Below, piece after piece: positions 58,661 through 64,000 of a DNA stretch of 64,000 nt. The stretch spans positions 41,908-105,907 of the forward strand of contig DAOOTD010000002.1 in NCBI GenBank assembly GCA_035390125.1, written 5' to 3'. The position numbers and the translations under genes were made by a program. The notes below the pieces were generated by a model. That model had not been told where the DNA came from. It saw only the letters and a program-made list of their open reading frames with translations, and searched no databases. Each line of letters opens with the position of its first letter. Position 1 is the stretch's first letter. Source of the DNA: Candidatus Moraniibacteriota bacterium. GTDB taxonomy: Bacteria; Patescibacteriota; Minisyncoccia; Moranbacterales; GWC2-37-73.

Positions 58661-59326
58661 ATGAAAAAGACACTACTCATTGCTTTCCTTCTGATGTTTG
58701 GTTTGGTCATCCAAGCTCAGGCGGCAAGTACTAATGCCAATCAGGGGAATAAAACGGGGCAGGAAAATTCCCAGGGGAATCAAAACGGTAATACTGTCCA
58801 AGTTCAAGAAAAAAATCAGGTTCAAAATCAAGGGGAAGAAACTCAAGTTCAGACGCAAGAACAGAATACAGTCCAGACAAAGGATAAAAATGAAAACAAA
58901 AAACAAGACAATGCCGAGGTGCACAGAAGCGCAGTAGCTAACTTTGTGCAAAATTTATTATCTGTAGCTGATCGGGAAGGCGGAATTGGTCAGGAAGTGA
59001 GAGTGATTGCTCAGCAGCAAAATGATATGAAAGACAGAGCAGCGGATCTGATATATGCCGTGGAAAACAGAAACAAAGTGAAAACATTTTTTATCGGTAC
59101 CAGCTATAGAAATGTCGGGGAACTAAGGAGCCAAATGGTGCAAACAAGGAATCAAGTTGAGCAATTGAAAAGATTGATAGAAAAAACCACCAACGAACAA
59201 GACAAGACGGAGTTGCAAAACCAGATTCAAACAATGGAGCAGGAACAAGCAAGGATTAATGATTTTATAACTCAAAATGAAAGCAAATTCAGCTTGTTTG
59301 GATGGGCGGTAAAAATGTTTAGATAG
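58661..59326 (+). CDS. secreted Gln/Asn-rich coiled-coil protein
   Basis: Signal peptide MKKTLLIAFLLMFGLVIQAQA. Q/N/T-rich low-complexity region then a coiled-coil. Confidence 0.5.
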   Translation: MKKTLLIAFLLMFGLVIQAQAASTNANQGNKTGQENSQGNQNGNTVQVQEKNQVQNQGEETQVQTQEQNTVQTKDKNENKKQDNAEVHRSAVANFVQNLLSVADREGGIGQEVRVIAQQQNDMKDRAADLIYAVENRNKVKTFFIGTSYRNVGELRSQMVQTRNQVEQLKRLIEKTTNEQDKTELQNQIQTMEQEQARINDFITQNESKFSLFGWAVKMFR

Positions 59327-59344
59327 GTTTGCTTTTAATAAATA

Positions 59345-59368
59345 AAAAACACCCGAAAGGTGTTTTTT
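59345..59368 (+). terminator. rho-independent terminator
   Basis: aaaaacacccgaaaggtgtttttt. Confidence 0.85.
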
Positions 59369-59509
59369 ATTATGTCTCAAAAATCCAATTCTATAATTAA
59401 TCTGCTTATGTATAAAAATAGAAGAGAAAATTTTTCATTGACAGTTTAATATTTTAGACTAAACTCAAAGCAGTTATTTGTATCTATTTTTTAAAACAGG
59501 AGGTTGAAA

Positions 59510-59671
59510 ATGGCAACTAGAGAAATAGCAAAAAATGAAGACAGGGAAATAATCAAAAAAATAAATCGTCTTCAAGCAGATCATGAAAAGGAGGAGGAAG
59601 AGCTTTGTTTTTGTGATATATGTGCCTTTTCCAGAGCTCTAAAGGGCGGTCTTGAAAAAAGAGCAAAATAA
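59510..59671 (+). CDS. small (53 aa) protein with CxC..C motif, absent from the ORF track
   Basis: Consensus SD AGGAGG 6 nt upstream. Product MATREIAKNEDREIIKKINRLQADHEKEEEELCFCDICAFSRALKGGLEKRAK. Followed by a hairpin. Confidence 0.4.
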   Translation: MATREIAKNEDREIIKKINRLQADHEKEEEELCFCDICAFSRALKGGLEKRAK

Positions 59672-59689
59672 AAATCAAAGTTCTGCACA

Positions 59690-59727
59690 GGGGCTATTTG
59701 TATGTTTACAATAGCCCCTCATTTTTA
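59690..59727 (+). terminator. hairpin terminator
   Basis: aggggctatt-tgtatgtttaca-aatagcccct then a T-rich run. Confidence 0.55.
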
Positions 59728-60067
59728 ATTAAATTTATACAAAGAGAATATTTTTTAGAAATACTTTATTTAAGCCACGAAAAGTGTATTTTTTATTAAT
59801 TCTCAAAATAAAATGGCTTATTTAAGCAAAAAATATCTTTTAAGTGTTGACCATATAATTATAATGTGCTAATATTAGTTGTTGACAATAATAAACAATA
59901 AAGATCCCTAGATTAAGGGATTTTTGGTTTAAATAAGTGTTGACTCGCTTATTGCAGAAGCATAACTGAACTAAAACCTACACTTCTACGTGAAGATTTT
60001 TGTTTAGCGAATTAGTTATAGCGGAGTAAATGCAAATCAATAGCGAATAACAATTAAGATATATTGC

Positions 60068-60652
60068 ATGCGTATTGTAAAGTTAGTCGTATTTTTATTA
60101 ATAGCTGTTTGCTCTGTTTTACCACAAACAACATTAGCTAGTGAAAAAAGTATAAATGTGGAAGAAAATAAAAACACATTCTCAGAAATTATAGGCCTTC
60201 TTTCTCCCGGATCCATTACAATGAGAGAAAAAGCCTCTAGAGATAAAATGAAAAATGATTTTATCCTAAAAAAAGAAACCAAATCAGAAGAAGACATAAA
60301 AAGAGAACAAGTATTAAACAAATGGAAAGAAAAACAATATAAAAAATGGAAAAACTTGCCCGAAGGACAATTTAGAATAAATGCTTCAGCCTATACGGCA
60401 GCAGCCGATGAATGCGGTAAAAACGATGGAATTACAGCCTCGGGGCTAAAAGTGAAAGAAAACAGAACTATTGCCTGTCCCAAAGAATTTCCTTTCGGAG
60501 TTAAATTAAAAATAGAAGGAATGGGAATATACACCTGCGAAGATCGTGGGGGAGCGATCAAGGGTAATAAAATTGATATCTACATGGAAACAAAGAAAGA
60601 AGCATTTAGATTCGGGCGTCAGCATTTAAAAGCTGAAATTATCGAAGGATAA
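60068..60652 (+). CDS. 3D-domain (MltA-like / YuiC-like) cell-wall-binding protein
   Basis: Signal peptide. C-terminal NASAYTAAADECGKNDGITASG...CEDRGGAIKGNKIDIY has the three conserved Asp of the 3D domain. Confidence 0.7.
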   Translation: MRIVKLVVFLLIAVCSVLPQTTLASEKSINVEENKNTFSEIIGLLSPGSITMREKASRDKMKNDFILKKETKSEEDIKREQVLNKWKEKQYKKWKNLPEGQFRINASAYTAAADECGKNDGITASGLKVKENRTIACPKEFPFGVKLKIEGMGIYTCEDRGGAIKGNKIDIYMETKKEAFRFGRQHLKAEIIEG

Positions 60653-60671
60653 AAATTGAGAAAGAAACAAA

Positions 60672-60699
60672 AAACATCCGTTCAAAGCGGATGTTTTTT
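60672..60699 (+). terminator. rho-independent terminator
   Basis: aaaacatccgttcaaagcggatgtttttt. Confidence 0.85.
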
Positions 60700-60759
60700 A
60701 ATATTTGTGGATTGACCTCGCATAATAATTTTGCTAATCTGAAAGAAGTTTAAAATAAT

Positions 60760-60830
60760 GGTCACATGGCGGAAAGGTTACGCAGCGGTCTGCAAAACCG
60801 CGTATGCCGGTTCAATTCCGGCTGTGACCT
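60760..60830 (+). tRNA. tRNA-Cys (anticodon GCA)
   Basis: Acceptor ggtcaca/tgtgacc, anticodon stem-loop gcggt-ctGCAaa-accgc, T-arm gccggttcaattccggc. Short D-stem. Confidence 0.75.
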
Positions 60831-60836
60831 CATTTT

Positions 60837-60920
60837 GCCCGGATGGTGGAATTGGTATACACAAGGGACTTAAAATCCCTCGGTAGTAATACCTTGCGAG
60901 TTCGAGTCTCGCTCCGGGCA
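60837..60920 (+). tRNA. tRNA-Leu (anticodon UAA), type II
   Basis: Same D-arm as the other Leu genes. Anticodon stem-loop aggga-ctTAAaa-tccct. Long variable arm. Confidence 0.85.
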
Positions 60921-60924
60921 CAAC

Positions 60925-60950
60925 TAAAAAAGAGCATTACTGCTCTTTTT
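60925..60950. terminator. bidirectional hairpin terminator between tRNA-Leu and the convergent udg
   Basis: aaaaaagagcattactgctcttttttt. Confidence 0.7.
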
Positions 60951-61527
60951 TTGTTTTTTCTAAAATCTTTGGAATTTTTCTGAAATCTTTTATGAGCACT
61001 TCGCGCATACTTCCATTATAGAGTGCAGCAGCCGGATGATAGAGCGCGTAGAAAACCCGGGAACCTATTTTGGGAAAATTTCGACGAAATGCTTTCCCGT
61101 GAACTTCAGAAATTTTCATAAGCGGGAAGAATCTTCCCAAAGAATGCCTTCCCAGCGTTATTATCAGTTTGGGATCAATAATTTCGATTTGTTTTTCTAG
61201 CCATGGCCAGCAAGCTCCAATTTCTTCCGGCAGCGGATCGCGATTTTCCGGTGGACGGCACTTTATTACATTGGCGATATAGATATCTTCACGTTTTAAA
61301 TTTATAGATGCCAGCATTTCATTGAGGAATTTTCCGGCTGCTCCGACGAAAGGAATTCCCATTTCATCTTCTTTTTTTCCTGGTGCTTCACCAATAAACA
61401 TAATTTCAGCTTCAGGATTGCCGTCCCCAGAGACAACCTGAGAACAACCTTTGCGGAGCGCGCAGTTATTACAGAGAGAAGCGAGCATATTTAATTGTTC
61501 CATTTGTTCCTTTTTTGTCATAAGCAT
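60937..61527 (-). CDS. uracil-DNA glycosylase, family 4 (Fe-S type)
   Basis: Motif A GEAPG (FIGEAPGKKEDEMGIPFVGAAGKFL), N-terminal Cys cluster and C-terminal HPAA. Confidence 0.85.
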   Translation of the reverse strand: MLMTKKEQMEQLNMLASLCNNCALRKGCSQVVSGDGNPEAEIMFIGEAPGKKEDEMGIPFVGAAGKFLNEMLASINLKREDIYIANVIKCRPPENRDPLPEEIGACWPWLEKQIEIIDPKLIITLGRHSLGRFFPLMKISEVHGKAFRRNFPKIGSRVFYALYHPAAALYNGSMREVLIKDFRKIPKILEKTKKEQ

Positions 61528-61528
61528 C

Positions 61529-62035
61529 TTATACTAGTTCATTTATTTTGATCAGATCAAATTTGTTATTTTCTGTATGCCACACCGCAAATGTTGGCGG
61601 ATAAATCTGATTGGCAACATTGCCGGGATTAAGAATCGTACGGTTGTTTATTTTTTCAGTCCATGGCTTGTGAGTATGGCCATGGAAAACGAAATCATAT
61701 TTTCCTGTTTCGCATAAGTTTTTAGCTGGTTCCGGCTTATGTACAAAAGCAATTTTTTGTTTTTCAATTTCAGCTTCGCCAAAGTCTTTGAATATTTTGG
61801 TGTGTTTGTATATATTATTTTCAAAAGGATAATTTCTGAGATAATCATCATCCATGTTACCGAAAACAAAAAATATTTCTTTCTGAAAATTATCATTCAG
61901 GAAATCCAGAGTTTCCAGCGACGCCAAATCTCCGCAGCAGATTGTTTTTTCAATTTTATGCTCACGGCAATAATCCAACACTTTCGTGAGATTGGTGATA
62001 TTGTCATGAATGTCAGAAATAATAGCGATTTGCAT
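61529..62035 (-). CDS. metallophosphoesterase (YfcE-like)
   Basis: MPP motifs ISDIHDN, CCGDL, GNMD and GHTHKP. Confidence 0.8.
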   Translation of the reverse strand: MQIAIISDIHDNITNLTKVLDYCREHKIEKTICCGDLASLETLDFLNDNFQKEIFFVFGNMDDDYLRNYPFENNIYKHTKIFKDFGEAEIEKQKIAFVHKPEPAKNLCETGKYDFVFHGHTHKPWTEKINNRTILNPGNVANQIYPPTFAVWHTENNKFDLIKINELV

Positions 62036-62047
62036 AAATAAATAATT

Positions 62048-62836
62048 TTAATTTTTATCTAAAGTATTCTCCGGCAGTTTTTTCCAAAGCAATTCAAAAA
62101 TTGATTTCATGGTTTTGCAGACCTCTGTGCTTTCAATGATGGCTGCCATAGATTCTTTGGCTGATATCAAGGAAACTTTTGAATCACCATAAATATCAAT
62201 TTCAATCGAGAAAGGAAAATCTTTCGAGTCAATAAATTTCATCGACCTCAATTGCTCCTTATCTTTCTCCAAGAGATTTTTTGCATAATATTCCGTCTGG
62301 GGGACAATGGCTCTTACGGATATTTTATTTTTTACCCGATCTTTAATGAAGCTGTCCATCCATTCATTGCCCAAAACATCGGCCATGTTTTCAGATCCAA
62401 AGGCTAGAAATTCCTGTCCATGTTTCAGGGTGTCTTTGTAAACTTCTTTCACGCCCTCCGGTCCCTCGAAATAGGAAACATTTACTTTGCCTATGTTTTT
62501 CTTTTGCATTGCCAAAAGTTCCGGCAAAATTTCTTTGGCTTCGTTAAATTTTTGCTGAACTAAATTTATACATTCCTGGGGAGATTTAGCTATGTAGAAG
62601 CTTTTTTTATCTTGAGGGGTTTTCAAAACAAAGCCCCTTTTGACTAATTCTTCTAAAATAACATAGGTTGTTGGCTTTTTTAAGCCGCTTTTGAGGGCAA
62701 TATAATAGGCTGTAGCTTTTTGTAGAGGCAAAAGAGCTAAGTATACTTTAGCCTCTTTTTCATTTAAGCCCAAATTAATTAGTTTTTCAATGTATTCCAT
62801 ATAATCTATTTTAGCATGTTTTTGCAGTATGGTCAA
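62048..62836 (-). CDS. TrmB-like HTH transcriptional regulator
   Basis: N-terminal winged helix (LNEKEAKVYLALL...ATAYYIALKSGLKKPTTYVILEELVKRGFV) and a C-terminal effector-like domain. Confidence 0.6.
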   Translation of the reverse strand: MTILQKHAKIDYMEYIEKLINLGLNEKEAKVYLALLPLQKATAYYIALKSGLKKPTTYVILEELVKRGFVLKTPQDKKSFYIAKSPQECINLVQQKFNEAKEILPELLAMQKKNIGKVNVSYFEGPEGVKEVYKDTLKHGQEFLAFGSENMADVLGNEWMDSFIKDRVKNKISVRAIVPQTEYYAKNLLEKDKEQLRSMKFIDSKDFPFSIEIDIYGDSKVSLISAKESMAAIIESTEVCKTMKSIFELLWKKLPENTLDKN

Positions 62837-63074
62837 TATTTTTGACGAATATATTATTTATATCAATATTTTGCTTTATTGAAGCAATAAATAGCTAGAT
62901 TATATATTCTCCATAATTGACTATTTGCTGTTTTTGGTATATAATAAGCTGTTAAGATGAAAATTAAAAAACATCCTAACAAGTTCATTGAAAATCAAAT
63001 AAGAATTTCTCCGAATATTATGCTATCCGGCCGGAAGCATAATATTAACTAAACTAAAAAAGGAGAAAAAATCA

Positions 63075-64000
63075 TGAAACAAATTACACAACATGGGTTG
63101 GGGAGAAAGAATGCGGGTAATTTGCAGACAATCTGGGTTGAACTGCCTGGTTACTGCAATTTAGCATGTTCCTACTGCTTTGCTCGCGGTGGAGAAAACA
63201 TTGATGTTGCAAATTTGTTGACCTGGGAAAATTATGAATTGATTATCGATGAAGCAAAAAAAATCGGAATCAATTCGATATCCATTCCAGGAGCTGGTGA
63301 GCCGTTCATCGCCAAGAATCTTGATCTGGCAATGAGGTTTTTGCATAAATGTAAAGAAGTCGGCATATTTGTAACTTTGTTTACAACTGCCGAATTCATT
63401 ACCGATGAATTGGCCGACGAGTTGTTTTCTTTACCAGTCGAATTGATGGTTAAGGGAAACAGTCTTAACCCGGAAATGCAGGATCGTTTTGTTTCTGACC
63501 CTAATCGTGGAAGAATTATTCACGGCTTTGGGGAAAGACGCAACGCGGCTATCGAACTTCTTATGCAACATGGCTTCAACGACGAAGCTAAGTGTATGGA
63601 AAGTTTCGGTTGCAAATCACGCATGGCACTGGTATCGTCGATCATGACGGACGAAAGTGAATTGTCCAACTATGATGAAATCGTAGACATCCTGCGGTTT
63701 TGTCGGAAAAACAATTTCATTTTCGATTGTGACAGTGTTCTGGGGATTGGCCGCGGTGCATCCTGCAGTCTTTGTACAGCAGACGAGAGATTGAAAGCCA
63801 AAATGATCGAGCTTCAGCGAGTTGATCGCGAAGAGTTCGGGAATTTTTGGGAAATCTCGCAGAGCTATGTCGGGGCGGTGTGTGATCGCTTCCATCACCA
63901 TTTATACATTAATCAGTATGGCGATATTCGCCCCTGTATTGGTGCAAATGGTGTGGATCTCGGAAACGTAAGAGGCATTTCTTTATTTGATGCTTTTAAC
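63075..64000 (+). CDS. radical SAM protein, 3'-partial (runs off window)
   Basis: CxxxCxxC cluster (CNLACSYC) 30 aa from the N-terminus, SD-like AAGGAG upstream. Visibly GC-richer than the rest of the window. Not reported in the ORF track because there is no stop within the window. Confidence 0.75.

Larger units (their letters stand above)
41292..59730. mobile_element. putative integrated element (serine-recombinase island) inserted beside the tRNA-Gly 3' end; right boundary uncertain
   Basis: Integrase at the tRNA border, followed by small hypothetical genes, a restriction-modification-like module, an RNase H fusion and a promoter-cassette array. Ordinary-looking genes and tRNAs resume after about 59.7-60.7 kb. 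Confidence 0.4.

Noticed and set aside
63161-63901. Minus-strand ORFs 63161-63346 and 63617-63901.
   Set aside because: They are antisense to the radical SAM CDS, which has a CxxxCxxC motif and an RBS.
1-64000. Alternative genetic code (UGA recoded, as in some reduced-genome lineages).
   Set aside because: Long conserved genes (gyrA 821 aa, pnp 702 aa, ftsH 613 aa) are intact and full-length under the standard code, with normal stop usage.

Overview
This is a 64 kb AT-rich window of a small-genome bacterium, with short intergenic regions and GC-rich islands only at RNA genes. The standard genetic code is evident because long conserved ORFs such as gyrA, pnp and ftsH are intact. The left part (1-41.3 kb) is core chromosome: partial rnpA, then yidC and jag. 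Next comes a surface-glycan locus with a MOP flippase, two GT2 enzymes and two Wzy_C/O-antigen-ligase-like proteins. A minus-strand surface cluster follows: a giant Cys-rich anchored protein, two tandem VirB2/TrbC-like two-helix proteins (one fused to an M15 D-Ala-D-Ala peptidase domain) and a beta-propeller-like secreted protein. Housekeeping genes follow: lspA, a traR/dksA-family gene, yraN, pnp, rpsO, gyrA, rpsA, gmk, tilS, ftsH, cca, an rluA-family pseudouridine synthase and rplS. In this part there are 11 tRNA genes, a UbiA prenyltransferase paired with an alpha/alpha-toroid repeat protein, and a third Wzy_C-like gene. That gene carries six in-frame copies of an 18-bp perfect palindrome, TTGTTCCACGTGGAACAA. 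At 41.3 kb a large serine recombinase gene overlaps the 3' end of tRNA-Gly and opens an apparent integrated element of about 18 kb. The element carries a four-gene restriction-modification-like module: a PD-(D/E)xK protein, an unknown 439-aa protein and two convergent beta-class DPPY methyltransferases. It also carries an RNase H-domain fusion. Most strikingly, it carries an array of single-gene cassettes, each preceded by the same ~85-bp module. The module comprises the 19-nt motif AAACCCAGTTCAAACGTCA, a perfect palindromic operator ACGGCTTTGTTAAGCCGT, and a near-consensus extended -10 promoter TGGTATAAT; two of these promoters would give leaderless mRNAs. Cassette cargo includes an RNAP alpha-CTD-like protein, an HExxH protein, a minimal nucleotidyltransferase, an alpha/beta hydrolase and small membrane proteins. 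The right end holds a 3D-domain wall hydrolase, tRNA-Cys, tRNA-Leu, family-4 UDG, a metallophosphoesterase, a TrmB-like regulator and a GC-richer radical-SAM gene running off the window. Several GC-rich structured intergenic patches (15.1-15.6 kb, 44.9-45.1 kb) look like unidentified ncRNAs.
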